A program made the translations under genes and the position numbers. A DNA stretch of 64,000 nucleotides, taken from the NCBI RefSeq assembly GCF_963921235.1, contig NC_086118.1, positions 12,402,001-12,466,000 on the forward strand. The letters are read 5' to 3'. This stretch comes from Mobula hypostoma (lineage: Eukaryota). Below the pieces are notes generated by a model. The model was not told where the DNA came from and made no database searches. It saw nothing but the letters and a program-made list of their open reading frames with translations. Shown one piece after another: positions 35,588 to 47,734 of the stretch (position 1 is the first letter of the stretch; each line of letters opens with the position of its first letter).

Positions 35588-36022
35588 GATGAGGCCACCC
35601 TCAGGGTGAAGGAGCAACACTTTATTTTCCATCGGGGTAGTTGCCAAACTAGCGGCATGAATATCGATTTCTTCTTCTGGTAAACAAATTTCCACTCCCC
35701 CACTTCCAATATTCCCCACTCTGACTTTCTTACCTGTTCTTACCTGCCTATTACTGGGTCCTCTCCTCCTTCCTTTTCTCCCATGGTCCACTCTCTACTT
35801 TGATCAGATTCCTTCCCCTCCAGTCCTTTACCTTTCCCACCCACTGGGCTTCACCTACCACCTTTCAGCTAGCCTCCTTCCCCTGCCCCCAACTTCTTAT
35901 TTTGGCAACTTTCCTCCTTTTTTTCAGTCCTGAAGAAGGGTCTTGGCCAAAAACATTGAATGTCTATTTATTTCCTAGATGCTGCCTGACCTGCTGAGGT
36001 CCTTCAGCATTTTGTGTGTGTC
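35588..36022 (+). mobile_element. Penelope-like element 3' fragment
   Basis: Homologous to 11355-11800. CTGAAGA hammerhead-like core at 35930-35936. Confidence 0.75.
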
Positions 36023-36064
36023 TCTTTGTTGTTAAACTTCCTTCTCTTCACAAAACCACTGGAT

Positions 36065-36330
36065 TGTTGAAGTGAGAGCAAAGAGATTTAATATGAATCT
36101 GAGGGGCAACTTTATTTCCCCAGGGAATAGTCAGTATATTTAATGAGTTGCCAGTGGAAGCGGTAGAGGCAGGTAGAGTAACAACATTTAAAAAGAATTG
36201 GACAAGTACATGGATAGGAAAGGGTAGAGGGTATGGGCCAGCTGTAGGCCAATGAGATTAGTTGAGATTGAATCTTGGTCCCATGTTCCAGTTGGTCCAA
36301 AGAACCTGTTTCCATGTTGTGTGACTCTAT
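36065..36330 (+). mobile_element. Decayed CR1 3' fragment
   Basis: NELPVEAVEAG..FK..LDKYMD remnant with 3' UTR and TGTGACTCTAT tail. Confidence 0.7.
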
Positions 36331-36756
36331 CTACAAAAGCTGTTTTATCACCTTAGTTTATCACAAAGAGGCATACTAAGTAGGAACTTGAATCATGTCT
36401 TTCTCTAGTCTAAGAAAGAGAACTCTGCTTTTCAACTACATTGTTGCTTGACCAGGGGCTCAAGATGTAACACTGGAGAGTAAAAACTAAATAGTCCTGA
36501 AACAGGATTGATGCAAGAGTATTCCTATTGAATTATGCTTTACCTATGAGCTGGGCTATTGGCTGCTCTGTAATGTTGATTTACCTTATCTTTTATTGTG
36601 ATGTTTAAAAGAGAAATATCATGTCTGAATCTGAAACAAAACATTTTCATTACTGTGGAGCCCAGCTATTGCCTGGCTGATTGAGAGTGTCTACAGAGCG
36701 AGTGAGAGTCTGGCCCTGTAGCTCAGAAGGGTAGGGCAAGGAAGAGGAGGGCAGTT

Positions 36757-37257
36757 GTGATAGGGGACTCGATAGTAAGGGGGTCAGATAGGCGATTCTG
36801 TGGACGCAATCCAGAGACCCGGATGGTAGTTTGCCTCCCTGGTGCCAGGGTCCAGGATATTTCTGATCGTGTCCAAGATATCTTGAAGTGGGAGGGTGAG
36901 GAGCCAGAGGTCGTGGTACATATAGGTACCAATGACATATTTAGGAAAAGGGATGAGGTCCTGAAAGGAGAATATAGGGAGCTAGGAAGGGAGTTGAGAA
37001 AAAGGACCGCAAAGGTAGTAATCTTGGGATTACTGCCTGTGCCACGCGACAGTGAGAGTAGGAATGTGATGAGGTGGAGGATAAATGCGTGGCTGAGGGA
37101 TTGGAGCAGGGGGCAGGGATTCAAGTTTTTGGATCATTGGGACCTCTTTTGGCGCAGGCGTGACCTGTACAAAAAGGACGGGTTACACTTGAATCCTAGG
37201 AGGACCAATAACCTGGCAGGGAGATTAGCGGGGGCTACTGAGGTGACTTTAAACTAG
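36757..37257 (+). CDS. CR1 ORF1 C-terminal SGNH/GDSL esterase domain (partial)
   Basis: SGNH blocks IGDSIVRG, CLPGA, HIGTND, DGLHLN in an open frame. Confidence 0.88.
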   Translation: MIGDSIVRGSDRRFCGRNPETRMVVCLPGARVQDISDRVQDILKWEGEEPEVVVHIGTNDIFRKRDEVLKGEYRELGRELRKRTAKVVILGLLPVPRDSESRNVMRWRINAWLRDWSRGQGFKFLDHWDLFWRRRDLYKKDGLHLNPRRTNNLAGRLAGATEVTLN

Positions 37258-37262
37258 AATGG

Positions 37263-40200
37263 TTGGGGGTTGGGAATCAAATTAAAGAGGCTAGGCGTGA
37301 GGAGGTTAGTTCACAACAGAGGGATGGGAACCAGTGCAGAGAGACAGAGGGGTGTAAAGTGAGCGTAGAAGCAAAAAGTACAAAGGAGAAAAGTAAAAGT
37401 GGCAGGCCGACAAATCCAGGGCAAGCATTAAAAAGGGCCACTTTTCAACATAATTGTACAAGGGCTAAGAGAGTTGTAAAAGAGCGCCTGAAGGCTTTAT
37501 GTGTCAATGCAAGGAGCATTCGTAATAAGGTGGATGAATTGAAAGTGCAGATTGTTATTAATGATTATGATATAGTTGGGATCACAGAGACATGGCTCCA
37601 GGGTGACCAGGGATGGGAGCTCAACGTTCAGGGATATTCAATATTCAGGAGGGATAGACATGAAGGAAGGGGAGGTGGGGTGGCGTTGCTGGTTAAAGAA
37701 GAGATTAACGCAATAGAAAGGAAGGACATAAGCCGGGAAGATGTGGAATCGATATGGGTAGAGCTGCGTAACACTAAGGGACAGAAGACGCTGGTGGGAG
37801 TTGTGTACAGGCCACCTAACAGTAGTAGTGAGGTCGGAGATGGTATTAAACAGGAAATTAGTAATGTGAGCAATAAAGGAACAGCAGTTATAATGGGTGA
37901 CTTCAATCCACATGTAGACTGGGTGAACCAAATTGGTAAAGGTGCTGAGGAAGAGGATTTCTTGGAATGTATGCGGGATGGTTTTTTGAACCAACATGTC
38001 GAGGAATCAACTAGAGAGCAGGCTATTCTGGATTGGGTTTTGAGCAATGAGGAAGGGTTAATTAGCGATCTTGTCGTGAGAGGCCCCTTGGGTAAGAGTG
38101 ACCATAATATGGTGGAATTCTTCATTAATATGGAGAGTGACATAGTTAATTCAGAAACAAAGGTTCTGAACTTAAAGAGGGGTAACTTTGAAGGTATGAG
38201 ACGTGAATTAGCTAAGATAGACTGGCAAATGACACTTAAAAGGATTGACGGTGGATATGCAATGGCAAGCATTTAAAGGTTGCATGGATGAACTACAACA
38301 ATTGTTCATCCCAGTTTGGCAAAAGAATAAATCAAGGAAGGTAGTGCACCCGTGGCTGACAAGAGAAATTAGGGATATTATCAATTCCAAAGAAGTAGCA
38401 TACAAGTTAGCCAGAGAAAGTGGCTCACCTGAGGACTGGGAGAAATTCAGAGTTCAGCAGAGAAGGACAAAGGGCTTAATTAGGAAGGGGAAAAAAGATT
38501 ATGAGAGAAAACTGGCAGGGAACATAAAAACGGACTGTAAAAGCTTTTATAGATATGTAAAAAGGAAAAGACTGGTAAGGGCAAATGTAGGTCCCCTGCA
38601 GACAGAAACAGGTGAATTGATTATGGGGAGCAAGGACATGGCAGACCAATTGAATAATTACTTTGGTTCTGTCTTCACTAAGGAGGACATAAATAATCTT
38701 CCAGAAATAGTAAGGGACAGAGGGTCCAGTGAGATGGAGGAATTGAGTGAAATACATGTTAGTAGGGAAGTGGTGTTAGGTAAATTGAAGGGATTGAAGG
38801 CAGATAAATCCCCAGGGCCAGATGGTCTGCATCCTAGAGTGCTTAAGGAAGTAGCCCAAGAAATAGTGGATGCATTAGTGTTAATTTTTCAAAACTCGTT
38901 AGATTCTGGACTAGTTCCTGAGGATTGGAGGGTGGCTAATGTAACCCCACTTTTTAAAAAAGGAGGGAGAGAGAAACCGGGGAATTATAGACCGGTTAGC
39001 CTAACGTCGGTGGTGGGGAAACTGCTGGAGTCAGTTATCAAGGATGTGATAACAGCACATTTGGAAAGCGGTGAAATGATCGGACAAAGTCAGCATGGAT
39101 TTGTGAAAGGAAAATCATGTCTGACGAATCTCATAGAATTTTTTGAGGATGTAACTAGTAGAGTGGATAGGGGAGAACCAGTGGATGTGGTACATTTGGA
39201 TTTTCAAAAGGCTTTTGACAAGGTCCCACACAGGAGATTAGTGTGGAAACTTAAAGCACACGGTATTGGGGGTAAGGTATTGGTGTGGGTGGAGAATTGG
39301 TTAGCAGACAGGAAGCAAAGAGTGGGAATAAACGGGACCTTTTCAGAATGGCAGGCGGTGACTAGTGGGGTACCGCAAGGCTCAGTGCTGGGACCCCAGT
39401 TGTTTACAATATATATTAATGACTTGGATGAGGGAATTAAATGCAGCATCTCCAAGTTTGCGGATGACGCGAAGCTGGGTGGCAGTGTTAGCAGTGAGGA
39501 GGATGCAAAGAGGATGCAGGGTGACTTGGATAGGTTGGGTGAGTGGGCAAACTCATGGCAGATGCAATTTAATGTGGATAAATGTGAAGTTATCCACTTT
39601 GGTGGCAAAAATAGGAAAACAGATTATTATCTGAATGGTGGCCGATTAGGAAAAGGGGAGGTGCAACGAGACCTGGGTGTCATTATACACCAGTCATTGA
39701 AAGTTGGCATGCAGGTACAGCAGGCGGTGAAAAAGGCGAATGGTATGCTGGCATTTATAGCGAGAGGATTCGAGTACAGGAGCAGGGAGGTACTACTGCA
39801 GTTGTACAAGGCCTTGGTGAGACCACACCTGGAGTATTGTGTGCAGTTTTGGTCCCCTAATCTGAGGAAAGACATCTTTGCCATAGAGGGAGTACAAAGA
39901 AGGTTCACCAGATTGATTCCTGGGATGGCAGGATTTTCATCTGAAGAAAGACTGGATGAACTGGGCTTGTACTCGTTGGAATTTAGAAGATTGAGGGGGG
40001 ATCTGATTGAAACGTATAAGATCCTAAAGGGATTGGACAGGCTAAATGCAGGAAGATTGTTCCCGATGTTGGGGAAGTCCAGAACGAGGGGTCACAGTTT
40101 GAGGATAGAGGGGAAGCCTTTTAGGACCGAGATTAGGAAAAACTTCTTCACACAGAGAGTGGTGAATCTGTGGAATTCTCTGCCACAGGAAACTGTTGAG

Positions 40201-40296
40201 ACCAGTTCATTGGCTATGTTTAAGAGGGAGTTAGATATGGCCCTTGTGGCTACAGGGGTCAGGGGGTATGGAGGGAAGGCTGGGGTGGGGTTCTGA
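37263..40296 (+). pseudogene. CR1 ORF2 (APE endonuclease plus reverse transcriptase) with a single +1 frameshift at 38238-38241
   Basis: ORF 37263..38276 has EN motifs NARS, ITETWL, YRPP, GDFN, SDH. ORF 38245..40296 has RT motifs QHGF, GVPQGSVLGP, FADD. Removing one A from AAAA at 38238-38241 gives ...QMTLKGLTVDMQW.... Confidence 0.92.
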
Positions 40297-40879
40297 GTTG
40301 GATGATCAGCCATGATCATAATAAATGGTGGTGCAGGCTCAAAGGGCCGAATGGCCTACTCCTGCACCTATTTTCTATGTTTCTATGAATTTAAACACTG
40401 TCTAGAACAGAAAGAAGATTAATTTCAGAGACATAGAATTATGCAGCACAACTCAACTCTACCATGCCAACCAAGGCGCCTAAGTTAGTTCTATTTGCCT
40501 GTATTTAGTCCTTATCCCTCTAAACCTTTTCAATATCACATTCCTGACCAGAATCTTCTCTTCTTTGTGTCTCCTCTGATACGAAAATAAAATTTTGCAG
40601 ATATTGTTAATCTGAACTGAGACAGAAAAGGCTGGAAATACTCTGCGGATGAAGCAGCTCTCATGGAGACAGAAGCAAGAGCAACGTTTTAGGTCAATGA
40701 TCTTCAGCTTCTCGTTGAATCGGGTATACTCTGTTGGTGAAAGGATCTCTGACCCCATGTCAACTCCATGTCCGTTGTTGAGAATGACCAGTCCTCTTTA
40801 GTCAGGATTCACCCAGCAGATATTAATTGGCACAAGCAAAGCAAGACGGCAGAAAACCCTGAGTACTAGTATTTGTTTG

Positions 40880-41222
40880 ATTTGATTTCCCTCCGGGAGA
40901 AGGGTCAGGAGCTTGAAAACTCATACAGCCAGATTTGGGAACAGCTTCTTTCCAACTGTGATAAGACTGCTGAACAGATCCTGACCTGGATCTGGGTCAT
41001 ACCCTCCAAATATCCGGACCTGCCTCTCGGTTTTTTTGCACTACCTTACTTTCTATTTTTCTATTTTTTATTTATGATTTGTAATTTAATTTTTTAATAT
41101 TTACTAATTTTTTACTATTTTTAATATTTAATATTTGTAATCCAGGGAGTGGGAAGCGCAGAATAAAATATCGTTGTGATGATTGTATGTTCTAGTATCA
41201 ATTGTTTGGCGACAATAAAGTA
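40880..41222 (+). mobile_element. Rex/L2-group LINE 3' fragment
   Basis: AACAGCTTCTTTCCAACTGTGATAAGACTGCTGAAC (NSFFPTVIRLLN) then 3' UTR ending in CAATAAAGTA. Confidence 0.7.
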
Positions 41223-41319
41223 TTTGGCAGAGTACCAAGAGCTGCATATATATTGGCAGTGGATATGGATATGGGTCTTGTCACCTTTTCTCTTTCCATC
41301 TATGTTGCTGTTACAATTG

Positions 41320-42150
41320 CACATTACGCTGGTCAGATCTCACTTGTGTACGGTCTTGGTTGCCAATCAGTTCTCAAGGGCTTGAGTAATAGGGGTAGGC
41401 AAGAGAGGCTAGGGTTTTATTTCTTGGAATATAGGGGTCGGAGGGAATGACCTTATAGGGATGTATATGCCAGCAGGCACAGGAAGAGCTTCTGCCCTGA
41501 GGCTGTGTCACTGCTGAACCTCTCATCACAGCACTAAGCAGTATTGAATCTGTATTGTACTGTCTCAGTACTTTTATACTTGTGTGCTGTAGCACTTTTT
41601 TTTATTCACAGTTATTTTGTAAATAACACTATTCTTTGCATGTCTGGTCAGATGCTAAATGCATTTCATTGGTTTTGTATCTGTACTCAGCACAGTGACA
41701 ATAAAGTTGAATCTAATCTAATCTAATCTAATGTATAAAACCATGAGAGGTATAGGATGAGTAAACATAGTCTTTTTCCTAAGGAAGGGGAACGAAAATC
41801 GAGAAGACATATGCTTAAGGTAAAAAGTAAAGGATTTAAAAGTGACTGGAGGGGCAACGTTTTGCAATTTGAGGGAGGTAAGTAAATGGAATGAGTTGTC
41901 AGAGGAAGTGGGTAAGGCAGGTTCGGTAACACCATTTAAAATATATTTGGATAAGTACATCGATGAGATAGGTTTAGAGCTGAGATCCCAGCCTGGGGTC
42001 TACAAACCCCTCAGTTCATGGTAGCGATCCAGGGCATAGAAGAGGTTGGGAACTCCTGGCTAACGGGATTTGAACTGGACACGGGGAAATGGGCCTCGGT
42101 TGGTAAGCATCACAGTCAGCATAGAGGCACGTTTCCAAGCTTTATGACTC
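41320..42150 (+). mobile_element. Decayed CR1 3' fragment with a nested Rex/L2-type tail (41468-41730)
   Basis: CR1 C-terminal remnants on both sides. The insert ends in AATAAAGTTG(AATCT)n, with TSD ATGTATA at 41461-41467 and 41731-41737. Confidence 0.7.
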
Positions 42151-44529
42151 TCTTAACAGCAGGAAACATCACTGGTTAACTAAGGAAACACCTCACAAAA
42201 TCCTCGAAGTCAATACTGTACCTCTTCCTAGAGATGCTGCCTGGCCTGCTGCATCACCAGCAATGTTTATGTGTGTTCCTCAAAGTCAATATGTTGCTTT
42301 GAAGTTCTGGTGTGCTCTACTGTAGCTGATAATCTGGATGAGTCAAGCAAAATAAAAAAAACAGATAATTCCATCTAATGGATGAATGCTGATCAATGCA
42401 TATTGAGTATTCCCTTCACCTCCTCAAAGAAGTATTATGACATCACTTTATCCAGGCAGACAGTTTAATGTCTCCTCTGAAAGATGTCTGAAAGTAATAT
42501 TGTTTTTGTAGACAGTCTACAACTATTTGATATGCACCACAAAGCAAAGAGAAAGTGACAATTGGATTGCTAGTCTGTACAATTAAGTTATTTAAAACCT
42601 GCTTTGGGAACAAATGGGGTGTTATCGGTCTGATCTGGTTGATGTATGGAGATGAATTTAGAAAATATAGTAAGTGGTTTATTAATGAAGTGACACTTGC
42701 TGATAAAAATCCAAAACCTTTGCCAAATTGGAGCATAGAGTTATTGAACTGTCTTTAGCTTCAAAATTATTGTTTGGGATATTGATTTCAAACAAAAGTT
42801 AAAGATATTTATTTTCAATAGAATGGAATTTTGTTTGTAATTTTATTGCTTTGATCCATAGAATAATAGTGCAGATAGTAATAAGCCTCTCTCTTCACTG
42901 TGTGCCCTAATTAGTTGTTGCCAAACATGTACGATAGATGAAGCTGCCTCTGCTAATTTTAACATGCGATTGGTGAAAGTGCCTAATCCAATACACACTC
43001 TTCCGAAGCCATAGAATAGCAGGTATCATGCATCATTTTAACAGACACCATACACTTCCCTCAGTTTGGTAAATAACTCTTGCAAGCTTACATCCAGACC
43101 ACCACACACTGAAGGTCTATTGATTACTGCACAATCAGATCTTCAATTACTTTTTGATGACCTGAATTAATAATTGGTATATAATTATAGAACAACAGAT
43201 GTTGGAGCAAAATATTAAAGTGTTTTCTTTGCTAAAAAGGTGAAAATGGACTGAAAACGTATGCTATGTTTGGAAGTCTGGTTTCATCTGAAATTTTGAA
43301 GCTGTTTTGCAGCATTTGAACTTTAGCTAGTGCCAGTCAGACACTTGTAGTTTTGGCCTTTGTGAGTTTGTTAGACGTAGCCTTGCAGAGCAGTAGGGAC
43401 AGAGTCACCAGCTCACCCCTATGAAGGTATGGAGGGTGCTTACTGGTACAAAGCAGCACATTGCACAATGGCTTAGGGCTCAGAACAATATCAGATTCCC
43501 ATTTCAATCCTCTTGGAAGGATATATGGAGGAAGAGGGATTTCTTGCACCAACAAAAGGATAGAATTCTGTCTTTTCCATTCCTTGTGCAGATCTGCCGA
43601 GCCTCATGTCATTTCACCTGTCTTTGAAAGCCCCTCGAGTCTCTCCACTGGAGGGCAAGAAAATTTGCCTCTTCTTCCTTGTGTAGAGAGCAGCTGGTAT
43701 ATCAGCCTATGGAATGCACATGTTCCCAAAGAATCAGAGAATACATCCATTCTGCTGCCATCCACGATCCTATCCCGATCTGAAAAGTAAGAAACTAGCT
43801 CTCTATGAATGTGAGATTTTAATAGTTAATGTGTTGGGAATATCTCTTTCATTCTGAGGTAGTGAGCTGAGTTTAGCTTCTTCCAGCCACTGCAACATGA
43901 ATAAATGAACCCTGAGGAAGGAGACTGATTTCCTGAAGAGAAGAATTACATAATCCCTGAATCCACAACATCTAACTCTAACCAGTAAGTGTTGAAGAAT
44001 GTCCGATAATCAGGTTGAGGGAGCGATCGAGAACATTGTAGCATCTGCATTCAGCGTTATTAATCAGATTTACCCGGATCCTGGGAGTCTGGATTTGTCT
44101 TTGGTCTCCTTGCAGTATAATTTGGACTTTCCTGTTCTTCTTGTTTCCCTTACTTTGCTCCATCACCTTGCTTTCCTGCAGCTATGTTCTTTACTGTGTC
44201 CGCAGCAACTAGTGAATGGAAGGTAAATGTAAAGGTAAAAGAAATTAATATAAGGTAAAGGAATCATAGATCTATGTGTCTATTGTCAAAGGACGCCATA
44301 TCAGAAGATGAAGGAGGTGCTAGCACGAGCAAGCCACTGATAATATGAGGTCTTCAGTGGATAGATTGTTCACAGTTCAGCTGAGGATCCCGGCCTATTG
44401 AGTAATGGCCAACATGGAGAATAGTTCCAGCACATGTGACAAGACCTTGCAAAAGTTTACTCTTGGCACGATAAATAACAAGCTGTATTTTATGAATCAA
44501 GCGTCTGTCTATGATTATCTCTAACAAGG

Positions 44530-45420
44530 GCAGACCAACCAGTTATCCAGCTATCAAGAGTAAACCACCTTGAAATGGCTTCCAATGCATTTATATCATT
44601 CCTTAAAATAGGATGCTATACACAATACTTCATATGAACACCCTGTATAACTGTAGCATAATCTCCCTCCCTTTTGTATTCAGTTTGCAATGAACAATAA
44701 CTTTCTGTTGGCTTTCCAAATTACTCCCTGAAACTGAATACTAATTTTCATGTATCAGACACTGGGGAAGTCAAAACTTCTGCATCTCAGAGCGGTATTT
44801 TCTTAATATTTAGATAATATGTTTCATTTTTTGTGTTTTCTTTAGAAAATGGACTATTTCTGATTCACTTCACATTATACCCCATTAGTAGATCTATAAT
44901 ATCTCAATTATCCTACCTGTAGGTCTCTTTATATCTTCTTCACAACTTCCATTTGCACCTCTTTCTGAGTCATTAATAAATATACCTTGAACATACATTG
45001 CAAAATGTTGAAACATCACCACTAATCCCTGAGAACACTACATGTTACATATTAGTAACCAGTAAAAGAACCCATTCACTGTTTCTCGTTAGCAAGCCAA
45101 TCTTCTTTTCATGCCAAAATGTTGGCTCATAAGTATTTATTTTCCAGAATAACTTTTGATGCAATATTTTATCAAATGTCTTTTTGAAATTTAAATATGA
45201 TACATCTGCTAGTTCCCCCTTATTTGTTTTATTTGTTAGCTCTTCAATTAATTTCAAATTGGCCAAACATTATTTCTCCTTTGAAATAATACTGATTTTC
45301 CTGGTTACTTTCATTATTTTCTAAATAACTTGATCAAGAAATAGCTTCCCGTGACAAATATTATACTAACTTGCCTTCAGTTTCCTTTTTTGTGTCTTCC
45401 TTTTTGAATAAGAAAATGGA
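44530..45420 (-). mobile_element. Very old CR1 remnant (continues at ~47050-47370)
   Basis: ORF 45045..45266(-) NKGELADVSYLNFKKTFDKILHQKL. Confidence 0.6.
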
Positions 45421-45469
45421 ATTGAAGGAATTTGGGAAAATTACAACTGAAGTATTAACCGACTATTAA

Positions 45470-46340
45470 GTTCAAAGTTCAAAGTAAAATTTATTATCGG
45501 AGTACAACATTTCACCACATACAACCCTGAGATTCTTTTTCTGAGGGCATGCTTAGCAAATCTATAGAACAGTAACTGTAAACTGTAAATATCAGGAACT
45601 GTTATCTGTAAATAAACTGTGCAAATGCAGATATAAATAAATGGCAATGAAAATGAGCTTGAGATAATAATATAACATCCAGCAATATAACAATATAACA
45701 GAGTCTTTAAATGAGTGCAGCTATCCCCCTTTGTTCAAAAGCCAGATGGTTGAGGGGTAGCAACTGTTCTTGAACTCGGTCATGTGAGTCCTGAGGCACT
45801 TGTACCTTCTACCTCATAGCAGCAATGAGAAAGGAGCATGGCCTGGGCCTTTGATGATGGATACTGCTTTTCTATGGCAATGTTTCATGCAGATGTACTC
45901 AGCTGTTGGGAGGGCTGATGTACTGGGCTAAACCCACTACCTTTTCTCAGACATTCACTCAAAGGCTTTGGTGTTCCCATACCAGGCCATAATGCAGCCT
46001 GTCAGCACACTTTACATCACACATCTATAGAAGTTTGCCAAGGTTTTCAATGACATGTCAAACCTCTGTAGACTCTTGAGGAGGTAGAAGCACAGTTGTG
46101 CTTTCTTCGCAACAATACCTATATGATGGGTCCAGGACAGGACCTCCGAAATAGTGACACCCAGGAATTTAAAGTTACTGACCCACTTCACCTGTGATCC
46201 TCCAATTATTACTGCTCATAGACCTCTGGTTTTCCGCTCCTGAAATCTACAATCAGTTCCTTGGTCTTATTGACATTGAGTGAAGATTGTTGTTACTACA
46301 CCACTCAGCCAAAATTTCAATATCCCTCCTGTACACTGAT
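45470..46340 (-). mobile_element. Decayed Rex1/Babar-type LINE 3' part
   Basis: Minus-strand KTKELIVDFR / NFKFLGV motifs, 3' UTR with (TTTGAAC)n tail at ~45468-45485. Confidence 0.8.
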
Positions 46341-46659
46341 TCTATAATAATTCTATAACGGGGACCTGCTAATGAAGGCCATCAGGACCTCAGAATTAGA
46401 ATCAGAATCAGATTTATTATCACTGATATATGCTGTGAAATTTATTATTTTGAGACAGTATATTTTTTCTTTATTTTTGTTCTCTTTTTGTACTATTAAT
46501 TTAATTTAATTTCGAATATATTTCCTATTGTATTTTATAGATTTTTTATTATTATGTATTACAATGTACTGCAGCTACAAAAAATGAATTTCATAACATA
46601 CACCAGTGATATTAAACCTGATTTTGATTCTGACTGATGTGTATTCCCTTCCTTCCCCC

Positions 46660-47020
46660 TCCTGAAGCCCTCAATCAATTTGTTGGACTTAGTGACATTA
46701 TGTGCAAGGTTGTTGAGGCAACACTACTCAACCAGCCAATCTCTCTCACTCCTGTACTCCTCCTTGTCACCATCTGAGATGCTGCTGACAACAGTTTTGT
46801 CATCGGTGAATTTATAAATGGTGTTTGCACTATGCCTAGTCACACAGTCATGACTGTAAGAAAGAATAGAGCAGCCAGCTAAGCACATGTCTTTCAGGCA
46901 TGCCAGTGTTAATTGTCAGCGAGGAGGAGTTGTTATTGCCAATCAACACAAACTGTTGTCTCCTGATGAAGAAGTCAAGGATCCAATTGCAGAGGGAGGT
47001 ACAAGCATTAAGCTTGTTGG
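46660..47020 (-). mobile_element. Rex-type RT internal fragment
   Basis: ORF 46848..47072(-) TSLCNWILDF..RRQQFV.IG...TINTG. Confidence 0.7.
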
Positions 47021-47734
47021 TTGGTACTAAAGATGAGTCAACATCCAACTTCCACAATTTGTTCAGTAGCACTTCCCTGGTGATAGTAATTTCCTAAATT
47101 CCTAGTTCCCTTCCATTTCCCCAGTTACGGCTATTTTTGAGAACGCTGTTTGTGTCCTCTATAATGAAGAGTGATACCATATACATATGTAATTCATCAG
47201 CCGTCTCCTTTCTTTGCATTATTAATTCACCAGATTTAACTTCTGCAACAATTCACCCATTCTTTTTAAAATATCCTCATGAACTCTTTTTAACCGTTCT
47301 GATATTTCTGTCTAGTTTTCTCTCATGGTCTAGTTTTCCCTTGTTTATTAATATTTCAGTCATTTGATAAAATGATTTTCAAATAACACATTATGACAGG
47401 TAAGAAATATAAAAGGGCTGACATTATATGCTTAAGTTGTACCATCTTTCCTTCTTAGAACCTTTGCCTTCACCTGTCCACAAGACCCTGACATCCTTGC
47501 TCCAACAAATCTGCATTCATGGGAATCTCAGGAAATGTTAATAATCAGGTTGATTCAGAGAGAAACTCATTCCTTAGCTCCTCAAAAAAAGTAAACAAAC
47601 CTAATTGTTTCCCATCAATATATTTTAGTGTGATGAAGATCAGTCATTTGGAGATGTAATGGGCTGAGATGATCAGACCGAAGCTATCCAAGTGCCCAGG
47701 AGATGTGGTAATAAGCATGCAAACACAACGGTGT

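Larger units (their letters stand above)
36695..40387 (+). mobile_element. Young near-complete CR1 LINE (family B), 5'-truncated within ORF1
   Basis: ORF1 esterase, ORF2 EN+RT, 3' UTR and TTTCTATG tail. Near-identical shorter copies at 10241-10713 and 56816-57852. Confidence 0.95.

Noticed and set aside
37628..39908. Long antisense and alternate-frame ORFs over CR1 ORF2
   Set aside because: These are shadow ORFs of the LINE coding sequence, repeated in each copy, with no independent motifs.
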